From the human T2T-CHM13v2.0 reference genome, Homo sapiens, in assembly GCF_009914755.1 (NCBI RefSeq), contig NC_060935.1: a DNA stretch of 64,000 nucleotides. One strand, 5' to 3'. How positions within the stretch are numbered: position 1 is the first letter of the stretch; every line of letters starts with the position of its first letter. Made by a program: the position numbers and the translations under genes. A model generated the notes under the pieces. The model ran no database searches and was not told the DNA's origin. It saw only the letters and a list, made by a program, of their open reading frames with translations. Below are positions 29,665 to 45,400 of the stretch, in pieces.

Positions 29665-31330
29665 TCCATGTTTCTTTTATTTGGGGCTCACTGAGCTTCT
29701 AAAAAATCTAAATTTAAAGTTTTGATCAAATTTGGAACATTTTCAGTAATTACTTCTTCAAATACAATTTTCTCTTTCTTCCTTTTCTTTCTGGGCCTCT
29801 AATTGCATACATTAGTCTATTCGATGTTGCCCCACAGTACTGACCAGTCTTTTTTCTATGCCTTTCATTTTGGATAGTTTTATTGTTATGTCTTCAAGTT
29901 CACTAATCTTTTCTTCTGAAATGTCTAAGCTGTTGCTAAACCCATCTAGTATATATATATTTTTAATCTCAAACACTGTATTGTTCATCTGTAGACATTT
30001 GATTTAGGTTTTTCATGTCTTGCTTTATCATGCTCACGTTTTCCTCTATCTTCTTGAACATATGGAGTTTATTACATCTTTTTTAACTTTGAAATACTCT
30101 AATTTTTTACTTAGTTTTATAATTCAGTAATTGCCACTTTAACCAATAATACCACTGGGCATGGCTATCACCTACCAACTCCCAATTAAGTGAATCCCTT
30201 TCCACCATGGCAGAACTCTTGGTCCTCACAGCCTGCCCTGGCCTGACAACTTTGTGCTAACCAAACCTGGTAGAAGGGGAAATAACAATAGCCCTAGGCC
30301 AGAATGTCACAGACCCCCACTATTCTTACATATAAGAGGCATAAATATTTTCTCAGATTGTATATAACTTTGGTCATTTTTAAGAATGCCAAAATGACTG
30401 TTTTTGTCAGTTTTGTCCAGCTTTATAGGTGATTTTTTAGGAAGGCAGATGCTTATCTCATTTGGCTCTAGTTGCAAGTCTCTTATAATAGTTGTTTTTA
30501 CTTTCTTATCTACTAATTCTATCATCTGTGTCATTTTGGGGTCTATTTCTATTGATTGATTTTTCTCATTATTCATATATTTTGCTGCTTTGCAAGCCTG
30601 ATATTTATTGAATGGATGCTACACATTGTAAATTTTACCTTCTGGAGTGACGAAGTTTCTGTATTTCTTTAAATATTTGAAAACTTTATTCTGAGACACA
30701 GAACAATTTGATCCTTTTCTAGACTTACTTCTAAGCATTTTTAGGCAAGGTCAGAACAGCCACTAAGTAGGGGTAATTTTTCCCCAGTACTGAGGTTATA
30801 CCCTTCTGGGGAATCTACTTGATGCCCATGTGTCAGGAGGTCTTTCCACTCTGGCTATTTCTGGTCCTTTGTGAATCTTGCAGCTGTTTTGTTTGCTACA
30901 TTCTGGTGTTTCCCCTTACCTCAGGTTGTTTCTCACATGCATGTGCTGATCAGTACTCAGCTAAATGCTCAGGGGCAGCCTTTTGCAGATCTTCAGCATT
31001 CGTTCTCCATGCAGCTTGCTCCTCTCTGGTACCCTGTCTCACAAATTCCATCTGCATTAGCATCCCTAAACTCTGAACTCTGTCTCTCTACTCAGGGAGC
31101 CTATGAAGCTTCCTGCATAGTTGCCTGGAAACTTCCTTCCAATAGTGAGCTGCAAAAATTGTAGTGCCTGCCTCACTTGTTTCTCTTCTCATAGGAATCA
31201 CTGTCCTGTACTACTATTGTAAATGTCTGAAAACCATTGTTTTATACAATTTTGTCCTGAGTTTTAGTTGTTTAAGCTGGAAGAGTAAATCTGTTTTTGT
31301 TCCTTCATCATAGTTGACAATGGAAATCCT
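29665..31330 (-). mobile_element. Old L1 (L1M-type) 5'/ORF1-region fragments
   Basis: T-rich antisense L1 motifs (atcaaatttggaacattttcag; tcttcaagttcactaatcttttcttctg; ttctatcatctgtgtcattttggggtctatttctattgattg). Boundaries approximate. Confidence 0.65.
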
Positions 31331-33684
31331 CTAGGTGTTTATTTAGGATCTCTCCCTGTGTACAACTAGATATTTCAATCACAACCACTAAAACCACCAC
31401 ACCATCTTCTTTATTATCATAATGACCAGCAGCAGCATCACTACCATCACTAACATTTATAGAATACTCACTATAATACTAGAGGGTGTATTTAAGACCT
31501 ATAATAATATTAACTCCAGTTTTTTTCAGAGGAGAAAACTAAAGTAGAAAGACACTAAGTGGCTTGGCCAAGGTGATATAGCTAGTAAAAGTGGTAGAAC
31601 CAGTATTTTAACAGAAACATTCTGACTTCTGATGTTGACAGTTATAGTAGACAAAAGTTTTAGGGGGAAAAGGTACATCAGATCATCTATATTTATTTTT
31701 GATACTTTCAGCAAATGTTGCCTATATTCTGTCTGAATTTAATATAAGTAGTCATGTTATATACAGAGAAAAAGCAATGACTATAAAGAGAAACGTGAGA
31801 GATTTTGGTAACCACAGTTCTTTAAATTAGCAAACTTTAAGATTATTTTCAGAACATCTTCAGTAATATGAATTATATTTTAAATTTAAAATGTTTGCTT
31901 TATGTTTTGGTCTATATATTTTTACCCATATATACAATAAAAAATCTAATAAGTAAAAGAAATATTTCCTTTGTTATTAACATAGAATATGGTCAAGTCA
32001 AATTACCCAGAGAGATCTCTAAGAATTTGCATGTGGTCAAGTGAGTAATAAAATTCAGCTGGCTCACAAAGATGGAATAGTAAAAGCAGATATAAACTTG
32101 AATTTAACCAAGGAACATTTTACTCATCCAGTAAAGACTTGGTTTGGTGCAGTTCCAGTTGGTCAACTTACTTATAAAATGACTTATTTATGTTAAAATA
32201 TTTAATACTCAATAGCTCAAGTCACTGATGTTTGATATACTCATACTTTAACAACTACGAGTAAGCAAAGTGTCTTTGAGTTGGAGTGTTCTCTTATTCA
32301 TAAACACAAACTCTGGGAACATAAAATAGTCTGTTTCCATAAGTGATTCTGTCTTATTAAATGTAAACTTCCTATTGTCATATCTCAATATTTCTAACAG
32401 CAGAACATAAATGTTCTCCTATTTCTTTGGAGAATCTAAAAGAATAGGTGGCATTAAATTAATTCCTTTGGCTGGAACATAGACTACTTCTCTTAGTGAT
32501 TTTCACTTTTTTAGATCTTTGGTATTTGGGATGCACTTTTTTAAAAGACTTCCTGGAATCTCAAAATTCCCATATGCAAATTTTAGAAAACAAAACAATT
32601 TCAGTGATTATATAGCATCCAATGATTAATTTGGTTGGTCTCAGCTGTTTCCCTTGTGAAGATTTAATAATTGCAAAATTTCTCCAAATGCAGTACTTTA
32701 ATCACATTACAATAAAGCATTTGTACTTAGCATACTCCTCCAAGTAGATAAGTCAATTATACAAAACAATTGTTCCTCTGTTTGAATTTGATAATTCAAT
32801 ATAGAAAGCAACTGCAATCATAAAACCAACAAGTACCACCTATAGGTACCAGCTGCAGCACAAAATTGCAGTGGCTCATCAATTTCCCTCTCACCAAGTA
32901 CCTCCTGGCTGCCCAGTTTCAAGACGCTGAAAATTAGTGAGAGAAGACATCTATTAATGTCCCAGACATAACTTGGGAAAGCCTGTTTATCCTATCACAA
33001 CTATATGGCATCAAAAGCGTTATTAGGCAATGACAACTCATTCCTTAAAGCCCACATTTTTTTTTCATGAATCAAAGAGCATTTATTAAGGATACAGTAT
33101 GGATCAGGTATCATGTTAAGACTTTTCATATTTATGATTTTATTTATTTGTCCCATTGCCCTCATTGTAAGGACAGTCCTCTTTATTTTATTTTATTTAT
33201 TTATTTTTTTAAGTATACTTTAAGTCCACATTTATAACTAGTTTTGAATGAGAGATCTTCATCAACGAACCATACAGAGTCCGACATCAAATTCTATTTT
33301 GCACTTCTTTTTAAATCTAATGTTTCAATATCCCAATTCTCTGGTCCTATAAGTTAACTCCCTGCCTGTTTAAGACACATGAAGAGAAATGCCACAAGTC
33401 CATGACAAAGACTGGCAATAAAGTCATGGCAATTCATGCCAATGATCATTAAAAAATAAAAGCCAGAATCCAAAGGGGGAAAACTCTCGAGAAGTGAGTT
33501 TGCAGATTGAGGTAAAGATCTCACAATACGGCACTATTGTTATCAAAACACCTGTTTCTCAATGCTCAATTATGAAATTTACCATAAAGAGGGACATTTT
33601 GGGGTTGCTTTATGTTGCTATGTTTCCTGCTGTTTATGCCCAACATAGCCTGCTTCACTATCTTTCTTGTGAAACTTTTTTCTA

Positions 33685-33936
<252 letters not shown>

Positions 33937-34949
33937 TTACCATATTGTTAGATTTCTCAGACAGCCTTGTAATTTCTTTTTCACTATTTTTAAAAAAGGA
34001 AGCTAAGAGAAGGCAAATAATAAAACAGAAAGAAAAAGGACAGGTATGGGAGCCATAGTTCTGTTTCTGGTCCTTCTAGCAACAACTTTATGATCCTGGA
34101 CAAAGGATTTGATCTCTTTAGAATTCAGGTTTTTTTTTTTAATTGTACAAAAAGGAATTCAACTAAGTAGCCTCTAAGATGCTTTTTAATGCCTAAAATC
34201 TTTATTAAAAGTTATTTAAATGTCTGGGATGTCCACTTGTTTAATATTAATATTCATGAATTAAGAAACTAACCTGAACATTTCTAAGGATTCTTGGAAG
34301 AACTGTATCATTCTTATTTAGCTCTGACTCTGCATCTCTGGGTATTCTGATCCTTCTGAATAATGAGTGCTGTTCCCAAGGCCACTAAGGCCTAGTGGCA
34401 GTCATTGTTTACCCAGGGTCTTATTTCTAGGCAGCGTATAACATAATCCTCAAGAGAATATGGCCAGATTGGTAGCAGTTTTGTTGTTTTTTAAGTCAAG
34501 CTTCTCTGAACCCAAACCAGGTAACAAAGTGCTTCCTTCATGCTTCCAAACAGATCACCACACTTCTCTCTTCAGGTCCTGCCTTTGCCTGGGATTCCAC
34601 ATTTATCTTCGTCATATTCTCATTGCTGTTTCAAGGCCTTTTCTGAAGTATTTTCTATAGTTCTCTTTGGCAAACCAATGATCTTATTACTCATTCTATT
34701 TACTCAGCTTAAAATGGTTCCTCTTCTCTGAGACATGATAAGCAGACAATCTGACATTACAAATCTTTAAATTATCAACCTCAAAATATGTTGATTTCAC
34801 TAAATTAAAGCCAAAGATTGAAAGACAGGTGGGCTAACCTCTTTTCATATAATTTTCATTTTTATCAAAGTCATTCTTGTATACAGCTTTACAAGATAAA
34901 TAGTACTTGAAGGTTTTAAAAAACAAAAAACCAAAACAACAACAACAAA

Positions 34950-37220
34950 AAGAGCATGACCAAAATGTACAGTGCACAGTCTCCACAGCTTGCAGGATGA
35001 CCTTCATTTTCCTACCCTGGTCCTCCTTATCTCACCCCCTGTTCTGTGGAGACCATTCCCTTCAATTCATTTAATGGTTTAACTTGTATTTATATCCTTA
35101 TTTGTAAATCATTCTAAATGTTATATCATTATCTACAGTATAAAGGAAAATGAAAGTTTCACTTTCCTACATTGAACCCCACATGTGCTCCCATGCTTCT
35201 CTCTCCAATCTCTTAATGTTAATGTCACAAATTTTAAAATTAGTGTTTACTGTTTTATATTATTTTATGAAGATAATAGCTATGTAGTAAACTATACTTA
35301 ATTTTATTTCTCAACTTTTTATTTTGTTAGATTTAAGATTTGCCTCATATTTTGTTTTCATAATTTTTATGTAACTATCACTAATTCTCAAACTCTGCAT
35401 GAAATCAGTAAAACTCTACCCAACGTAATTGAATATATCAGGTAATCTCTGAATCCTGGTTTCTCCCTTGGAGACATCCTTTCTGGAATTCTCAATCTTC
35501 TTGCTCCAAATCTGAACTAATTTATTCCTCAGGCCTACCTACTGCAGATCTATGGCACTTGTAATTCCTTTTGCCTCTCTTGTACTGGTGTCCTTGTTTC
35601 CCGAGTATCATGTTTTCTTCCCTTTTAGTTAACTGTCTCATTTTGGTACAAGAGCTTCCTGAGAAAGGTGAATGTGAGATTAATTATTTAGGAACTAATA
35701 TTCTTCTCACTTAGTTGTAGTTTGACTGGTATAGAATTCTAAGTTGAAAATAATTCTGCCTCAGAATTCCAAAGATATTGATATGTTGCCTTCCTATTCT
35801 TGTTATTAAGGAAGCCTGACACTATTTTGCTTCCTGATACATACATTCCTTTGTATGTAATCTATTTCCTTCTCTAAAAGCATCAGGATCTTCCCTTTCC
35901 ACTGAATGTTCTGAAATTTCACTATTATGTCCTTCTGTTGACTTTTACATTCATTGTTCAGTCTTTTCGATCCAAACTCATGTCTTTGTATTCTAGGAAA
36001 CTTTTTTGATGTTTTTCATTGATAATTTTCTCTCCTCTGTATTCATATTTGATAAATATTAGATTTCCTTATTAACCCTCTATTTTTCTTATTTTTTCTT
36101 TTTATTTGCTAATCTTTGACATTTTGTTATACTCTATGACAGAGTTTTTGCAACTTCATCTTCCAAAACTTCTCTGAATGTTTTAAAGTTTCTACCATTA
36201 TATTTTTAAAGATACTCTTATTCTCTGATTGCTTCTTTTTATAGCATCCTGTTCTCTATTCTGTTTGACAATATTAATTATAGATTTGGGTTTGTTTTTA
36301 ATGTTTTCTGTTCTCTGCATTGTTACCACTCTTTTCTTCCAAGGTCTTTGAACTCTTTCATATTAGGGGCTTTTCTAAAGTGTCTGGTATTCATTGGCTG
36401 TTTGTTCATATATAACAGCAACGTTCTAAAAAGCTGACTGGAAGGTCTAAGTATGGGGTAGACTTATTGATTTATGGGCTTCAGCATAAGGTAATGATGC
36501 AGAAAGTCTGCTTTTTCATTGGGAAATCACAAATATCAATATCTACAGGTCATTTATCTTAGACTAGACCATTTTCTTGGAGAGATGTCTTCAAATTCTT
36601 GCCTTGATTTGTGTATAGACTTGTATGCCATCATTACATGAGCCAAGCAAGAGAAGGCAGGAGAAGAATCTCATAGTCTGGTCTATCCTGCAGATTTCCT
36701 GATTTTCACCATGGCACATCACTCATTCTCAGCTATGCCTGGTGTCCCAAGACATAAACCTCTCAAGTTCTACTTTTCAAGAGAATAAATCTCCAGTGAC
36801 TTCTGTGAGGTTATGTGCTCATGGGGCTGGAAGGGAGGAGGCAGGGATGGTAGTTACCAGGTTGCATGACATTAGGGAGGGATCATCTTATGTCTATTTT
36901 CAACCAGTCATCCTGTCTACAGTTCCACCTTTTACAACTGTTCCTTTAATGATACATGATGCCTTCAATTCCTAAGCATTTTAGAGGTTCAGCTCCCAAC
37001 TGGGCTTGATTCTTTTTGGCTTTACACTCCTAAAGCTTAGGTATCAGCTTTCTCTTTTTTACTAAGACAGTTATAACTCATCTATCCACTTCTCATATTC
37101 CAAATTTTTTGTCTTCTCTTTCCATTTCTACTTGAAGGTTTACACCTATAATCCTTAACCATCAATTTACTAGGATTTGGGTAAAACTGGCAATAAATGA
37201 AAATGTTAATCTGCTGTGGT
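34950..37220 (-). mobile_element. Highly diverged L1ME/HAL1-like remnant
   Basis: ttcctgagaaagg...agtttgactggtatagaattctaagttg...ttctgaaatttcac...gataattttctctcctc. Boundaries approximate. Confidence 0.55.
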
Positions 37221-39194
37221 TAACCAGAAGTCAGATACTCCAATCTTAACACTGTTTAATGCTTGAAAACTTCATTCAAATATTTTCTTTTCTTCTTATA
37301 ATCAAAGTTAAGCCACTACCTTGATGGTCACATTTCTATCATAATAAATAGAAAGCTTCCTAGATCATCAACCACGGAGAAAATAGCTCAAACTTTGCCA
37401 TATGAGTAGGGGAGAAAAAACAGGTGGTTTGAATGTAATTTCCAGCATTTCTATCATTCAGATGGACAAATAAAAAAAATTACAGTAATCAAAAACAGAC
37501 CTTTCAGCACATGTAATTAAATGAAAGCTTAATAAAGAATAATTTGCAAGAGCCAGATGTGCTTATGTCATGATTGTTGCTTTCTTTGGAACAATTTTTC
37601 TAATATAACAAGCCTCTAAAGAAATTAAAGTTTCATAATTCTGTATGTAATGACTCAGTGGCAAGAAAAATTCACAAGCAGAGTCAGTCACAAGCAGAGT
37701 CAGTGCTTTGCTAGCACTTAGGCAAAATGAGGGGGGCATCTTTTTGGTTTCTCTTTTACTCTGTTGTATCATCTTCCTTTGAAATTCAGCCAGATGTCTT
37801 CAAAATGGGGACAGGTCAAGCTTCTGAAAATGTCTGCTTGGATTAAGGCAGTGAAAAAAAGTTCTATACTGAATGGAGTCAAGATGGTTACGAGATGAAA
37901 CATGTTGACTATATAGTCCTGTAGCTGGTATCATAACCAATATATCCTACTATGAGTATTAAAGAGTCAGGAAATCTTAGAGATGCTAACAGTCCTTGGT
38001 TATCATTTATGCTTTTTACCTCAATCATTAAAAAGATCAAATAAATGTCAATTTTACTCAATCTTGAGTCCTTTGGGAAACTTGAACTAGTGAAAAATGC
38101 AGAAAAACATATTTTTGGAAATACATCTATTTTTTTTTAAAAAAGTTGACTATGAATCCTTCAAATTGAGTGAATAATACAATTACTTTTCAGGAAAAGA
38201 GTAGTGTTAATTGCTTCTTTTAAAGCTCTGATAATCATTTATTTTACAGCCCTTTGAAGTGGGTTGTACCTAAGGAAGGCAAGACCACATAAACTCTGAG
38301 ATTCCATAGAGCTGGTTCTTGTGAGTTGTGATTACTGATACATTAGAGAAAGGAAGAGGTACAGCCACATTCCATAATCCTTTTCAAAGCTGAGTAAACT
38401 GGACAGTAGGATATCAGGTAAGATTTAGTAGAATGGGCCTTGAAATAGAAATCAGAAAATTGAGTCCAGTGAAAAGATAGAAGGTATTCACAAAAATTAA
38501 AATATCCATATTCTGTCTAACAAAACATATGATTTTAGTATAAATATCATTCTATTCAGATTGAAGATTTTAAGTTTGTCTTGGATAATATGAATGTCAT
38601 TAAATGAATAGGTATAAGCTTACAAAATAATTTCGCAGCTCACCCTCTAAACTAACATCAGTTGAATTTGTTCCATGTGTAAGACTCTGTGTTAGGAGCT
38701 GAGGAGAATTCAAAGCACATAGCTCTAAAGGAGATATAAAATATAAATCCTTAACACTTGATCTGCACTTTTCTTGTGGTGTTTATCAGTATTTTAAACT
38801 TCATGTGTAATTATGCACATGTATCTTATCTTGCTTGATACACTGTAAGCTCACTGAAGATATGATCTAATTATTTTTGAATGCTTAGCACCAATAATGG
38901 TGCCTTGCAAATAACAGATACCCAATCAATAGTTTCTGATTTAACATACTATACAAAATCATTGCATATTAGGAAGGAAAGACAGCATCTATAAATGAGG
39001 CAACACAAGTGGTACATCATTATATTTATTATATATGTGACAAACAATTTTATGATATTAAGGTTAAAAAATAAAAGGCAAAAAAATTTAGTCAAGTTTA
39101 ATCACACTGTTTCACAGGAAATTATTCTTTTGAAGTAGTTTGCTAAAATTTTGACTAGACAGCTGCTCAGTAACTGTTAGCTTCACTGAACAGT

Positions 39195-40100
39195 AGTAGC
39201 ATTTCTAGACACCTAAAAAAATCTAGCTGAAAACCAAAGAAAGAAGGCAATCCCAGTTACAATAGCTACAAAAAAAAAAAAACAGGAATATATTTAAACA
39301 AAGAGGTGAAAAATCTGTACAAGGAAAACTATAGAACACTGATGAAAAAAATTGTAGATGACATAAACAAATGGAAAAACATCCAATGGTCATGGATTAG
39401 AAGAACCGGTATTGTTAAAATGACCATACTGCCCCCAAAGAATTTAGAGATTCAATTCAATCTCTATAAAAATACCAATGTCATTTTTAATCAAATTAGA
39501 AAAAACAATCCTAAAATTCATATGCAACCAAAAAAGAGCCCCAAGAGTCAAGGCAATCCTAAGCAAAAAGAACAAAGCTGGAGGCATCATATTACCTGAC
39601 TTCAAATTACACTACAAACCTATAGTAATCAAAACAGTATGGTACTTGTGTAAAAATAGACACGTAGATCAATGGAACAGAATAGAGAACTCAGAAATAA
39701 AGCCACATACCTAGAGCCAGCTGATCTTTGACAAAATTGATAAGAACATGTATTGGCAAAAGGACATTCTTTTCAATAAATGGTGCTGGGAAAATTGGAT
39801 TGCATATGCAGGAGAATGAGACTGAATGCCTATCTCTCCCCATATACAAAAATCAACTCAAGATGGATTAAAGACATAAATGTAAGACTGAAACTATTAA
39901 AATACCAGAAGAAGACTTAAGAAAACTCTTCTGGGCATTGGTTTAGGCAAAGAATTCATAACTAAAACCTCAAACACAAAAGAAACAAAAACAAAAATAG
40001 ACAAATGAGACTACGTTAAACTAAAAAGCTTCTGCACAGCAAAATAATCAATCAACAGAATGAACAGACAATCTGCAGAAGGGGAGAATACTTTTGCAAA
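39195..40100 (+). mobile_element. L1 ORF2 3'-half fragment (old primate/eutherian L1)
   Basis: Track ORFs 39306..39599 and 39478..39714 give ORF2-like peptides (NLYKENYRTLMKKI..NKWKNI..SWI; [29 protein letters not shown]). Confidence 0.9.
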
Positions 40101-40172
40101 TGGCCTTAAAATTTTCTAATACAAATTATACTGTTTGAGCCATAACTAATGAGTAGTAACATTTTTTCTTCT

Positions 40173-40239
40173 CAGTCTAGTTATTAACACAGATAGTCTA
40201 GTTAATAACAGTGTAGTTATTAACAGTCTAGTTAATAAC
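40173..40239. repeat. About four copies of a 15-bp unit agtctagtta(t/a)taac
   Basis: Direct reading. Confidence 0.85.
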
Positions 40240-41455
40240 AAAAAAAAACTATTTATTCTAACCAAATAGCTTTAGTTAGAAAATTTCTTTGCAGACTAAT
40301 GGTTTAGGAACAGAAAAGGTTAAATTCTGATTAACTATTACATAAGGGTCTACAAAAATGTCATTCCACATATAATTCTCAGATCATAGTTCACAGTCAT
40401 AATGATTATAATAATGAATATTCATTTCTAAACATAGTTGAGGTTTAAAAATCAACAATATAGTAAAGCTTATGACAGGCTTAGCCAAAGTCCCATAAAC
40501 ATTTAAACTTAGGTGAAGACTGTTTCAGCCTAAATATAGAATGTTTTTCCTGTTTCAATTTTGAAAAATTCACACTGATTGTTTGGGATATTGAATTGTT
40601 TCTTTATCCAAGATATATAAAAGACCAGCAGTGTATATGTGTAAAAATAAGCCTAGCTAAATATTTTTTCAAAATTATAAAATTACTTATTTTATAAAAG
40701 CACTTTAAGAAATGATTTTACTTTATGGCTTAAAATGTTCCACCTTTAATACTGGCAGCTTTAATAAAGTAGCTAGCATTAAAATCTTGGTAAGCTCAAC
40801 AATGAGATATTTGACACATAGAACTGAAAGGACATTATCAAATCATTTAGGTTAGTCTGACTTCCTTATTCTGCCAACGAGCTAAGATCTAGCAAGTAGC
40901 TTGCCCAAGATCATATAATTAGTATTGAAGTTAGAAGAAGAACTCTCTAGCTATCACTTCAACATTACCAGAATATCTATCACTTAAAAGTAGAAATGGA
41001 TATAAAATTAGACAAGTTTTGCACCTTTCAAGCACATATCCAGCATCGATAAATTTGACCAATCTCTTAAATAAATTGAATTAAGAAAGTCCTGTGAAGA
41101 TCTCACCAATCCACAAATAAATACTTCTAACAGTATTTGCACTGCTTTGTGTGCTGTGGCTAGCTTTAAAGATAAATCTGTCTTCCATTTGGATGTTAGT
41201 GACACTTTAATAACCAAGCCTGTTTAGATTTAACCCAAAGCAGTAGGTCCTACCAATCAGACTCAGCCTCATGGTGAAACCCTTCAGTGCCTTCCAGTAC
41301 ACATAATGGTCTATAGCAGGACCTAAGAAATGTATTGTGTCAGTAATTGATGTTATACCATGACTGTATTTGAAAAGAGAAGCATGCTTTGTCCAAATAT
41401 AGCCAAACTGATGTCAAATTATAATGGGTGGTGTCACGATGTAACTATATTTACC

Positions 41456-41462
<7 letters not shown>

Positions 41463-41500
<38 letters not shown>
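41463..41500. repeat. (TA)n microsatellite
   Basis: Direct reading. Confidence 0.95.
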
Positions 41501-41503
<3 letters not shown>

Positions 41504-42404
41504 GCTTTCTATGATACAATCATTTAGGATCTCTAATGGAGTGTGCCAAACAGAAAAAGTACAAGGCCTTTTCTCATTATAAACATATGATTTTCATGTA
41601 GCAACATAACCAGTCATCTAGTTTTCCAATAATCACCCCAATTCATTAATGCATTAATTCAACAAATATACATTGAGAACTAAACTCAGTGAGGCACTGG
41701 GCTGGATATTTTACATTTATTATTTCATTTAATCTTCACAATTATTATATAAGATAGAAATTATTATCCATTTTAGTCAATCTTACTTTTAAGCCTGTAT
41801 TCTTTCTGCTTTTAAAATTAAATTATTTTAAATAAGCTACACAGTGAACCACAATGAAACCAATTTCTTGTTCCTAGTCATCAGAAAAGGATCACTGTCC
41901 AAGGAGAAGAAAGATTATGATGTGACTGCTATTCTGAGCTCTCAAACAGAAAATTGTATTTTCAAATGTCTTACAGTTACTCTCTAAAATGGCATTTCAC
42001 AATCTTCAAATGGACAAGAAAGAGGTAACAGCACCACCAGTCACCTTGAAGGAATAAGTGTCACAATCAGATCTAGAAAATGTCCTTCTCCAAATCTTCA
42101 AGCCATGGTAGAAAACCCCTAAAAAATTAACCCCACATTAATAGACTGATAAGATAAAAAGAAGAACTATGCAAAGTATAAGTAGACAGAGCTTGATAAA
42201 ATGGGAATTGAGGGGGGCTTTAAATTGGGACCAGTATGCTCCAGTATACAAAAACTAACAGTAAAAAAGAAGGCACAACCTTACACACCAAATTCTTTTA
42301 GGAATAGATTCTTCTGTGCTCTGTCATTTCAATTTATTAATTTATTAAGTAGCCTACCAGAATCCACCCCGGAAAGAAAGAAATAAAAATCATCTCTCAG
42401 AATA

Positions 42405-45400
42405 CTTCCATACTCATTCTACAAGGCCAGTACTACTTTGATACCAAAACCAGACAAAGCCATACATATATATATATATATGAAGCCATATATATATATG
42501 AAGCCATATATATATATGAAGCCATATTACCTCTGATGAATATTGATGCAAAAATCCTCAACAAAATACTAGTAAACCAAGTCTGACAATACATTAAAAA
42601 ATATCATTCATCATGACCAAGTGGGATTTATCCCTGGGATGCAAGGATGGCGCAACATATACAAATCAATCAATGTGATACATCATATCAACAGAATGAA
42701 GAACAAAAATCATATGATCATTTCAACTGATGCTGAAAAAGCATTGATAAAATTCAACATCCCTTCCTGATTTAAAAACCCTAAAAAAACTGGGGATAGA
42801 AGGAATATGCCTCAATATAATAAAAGCCGTATATGACAGACACACAGCAAATACCATACTCAATGGAGAAAAACAGAAAGCCTTTCCTCTAAGATCTGGA
42901 ACATGACAAAGATGTCCACTTTCAACACTGTTATTCAACATATTACTGGAAGTCCTAGCTAGAGCAATCAGACAAGAGAAAAAAACAAAGGGTATCCAAA
43001 TTGAAAAGGATGAAGTCAAATTATCCTTGTTTACAGATGATATGATCTTATATTTGGAAAAACCTGAAGACTCCACAAAAACCCTATTAGAACTGATAAA
43101 TACGTTCAGCAAAGTTGCAGGATATAAAATCAACATGTAAAAATCAATAGCATTTCTATATTCTAACAGTGAACAATCTGAAAAAGAAATTAAAAAGTAA
43201 TGCCACTTACAATAGTCACAAATAAAATTAAATGCCTAAAAATTAACTAAAAAAGTAAAAGATCTCTCTTAGGAAAACTATAAAATACTGATGAAAGAAA
43301 GTGAAGAGGAAATCAAAAAATGGAAAGATATTTTGTGTTCATGAATTGGAAGAATCAATATTGTTAAAATGTCCATGCTACCCAAAACAATCTAGAAATT
43401 CCATGCAATCCACATCAAAATACCAATGACATTCTTCACAGAAATAGAAAAAAAATCCTAAAACTTATAGTAACCAAAACAGCATAGTACTGGCATAAAA
43501 ACAGGCACATAGGCCAATGGAACAGAATAGAGAACCCAGAAACAAATCCACACACCTACAGTGAACTCATTTTTAACAAAGCTGCCAAGAATACATGCTG
43601 GGGAAAAGACAATCTCTTCAATAAATGGGGCTAGAAAGACAGGATATTCATATGCAGAAGAATGAAACTAGACCCCATCACTAGCCTTATACAAAAATCA
43701 AATCCAAATGAATTAAAAACTTAATTCTTAGACAAGACCTCAATGTATGAAACTACTGCAAGCAAACATTGAGGAAACTCTCCAGGATATGGGTCTGGGC
43801 AAAGATTTCTTGAGTAATATCCCACAAGAACAGGCAACCAAAGCAAAAATGGACAAATAGAATCAAACCAAGTTAAAAATCTTCTGCACAGCAAAGGAAA
43901 CAATCAACAAAGTGAAGAGACAATCCCAATAATGGGAGAAAATATTTGCAAACTACTCATCTGACAGGGGATTTATAACTAGAATATATAAGGAGCTCAA
44001 ACAACTCTTTGGAAAAAATATATTAATCCAATTAAAACATGGGTAAAATATTTGAATAGGTGTTTCTCAAAAGAAGACATACAAATGGCAAACAGGCATA
44101 TGAAAAGTTGCTCAACATCACTAGTCAGAGAAATGTAAATCAAAACTACAATGACATTATCATCTCACCCCAGTTAAATGACTTATATCCAAAAGACGGT
44201 CAATAACAAACGCTGGCAAAAACATGGGAATCCCTGTACACTGTTGGTGAGAATGTAAATTAGTACAACCACTATGGAGCACAATTTGGAGGTTCCTCAA
44301 AAAGCTAATAATAGAGTTACCATATGATCTAGCAGTCCCACAGCTGGTATATGCCTAAAAGAAAGGAAATCAGTATATCAAAGAGATATCCGCATCCCCA
44401 TGTTTATTGCAGCACTGTTTGCAATACCAAAGTTTGCAAGCAATCTAAGTGTCCATCAACAGATGAATGAGTAAAGAAAATGTGGTACTTATACACAGTG
44501 GAGTACTATTCAGTCATATAAAAATGAGATTGTCATTTGCAACAACATGATGGAACTGGAGGTCATTATGCCAAGGGAAGTAAGCCAGGCACAGAAAGAC
44601 AAACATCATGTGTTCTCACTTATTTATGGATCTAAAAATCAAAACAATTGAGCTCATGGAGATAGAGAGTAGAAAGATGGTTATCAGAGGCTAGGAAGGA
44701 TAATGGGAGGGTTTGGGGCAGGTAAGGATGGTTCATAGGTACAGATAAATAGAAAGAATGGATAAGACCTAAGTTGATATCTCAACAGGGTGACTATAGT
44801 CATGCCCAAGGCCATAGGAGCCCACCTTTTGCATCAGTTTGACCTAGATGTGGGACATGGAGTCAAAGAAGATCATTTTGAAGCTTTAAGATTTGACTGC
44901 CCTGCTGGATTTCAGACTTGCATAGGGCCTGTAGCCCCTTTGTTTTGGCCAATTTCTCCCATTTGGAATGGGTGAAGTTACCCAATGCCTGTTACTCCCA
45001 TTGTATCTAGGAATTAACTAACTTGCTTCTGATTTTACAGGCTCATAGGAAGAAGAAACTTGCCTTGTTTCAGGTGAGACTTTAGACTTGGACTTTTGGG
45101 CTAATACTGGAATGAGTTAAGACTTTGGGAGACTGCTGGAAAGGCATGATTGTGTTTTGAAATGTGAAGACATGAGATTTGGGAGGAGACTGGGGCAAAA
45201 TAATATGGTTTTGTTGTGTCCCCACCCAAATTTCATCTTGAATTGTAGTTCCCATAATCCCCATGTGTTGTGGAGGGACCCAGTGAGAGGTAATTGAAAC
45301 ATGGGGGCTGGGTTTTTCCCGTGCTGTTCTCATGATAGTGAATAAGTCTTGGGAGATCTGATGGTTTTATAAAGAGCGGTTCCCCTGCACACACCCTCTT

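Noticed and set aside
37672-37703. 16-bp tandem duplication beside an AP-1 site; similar short duplications at 1128-1168 and about 58602-58641
   Set aside because: Ordinary slippage duplications with no further support
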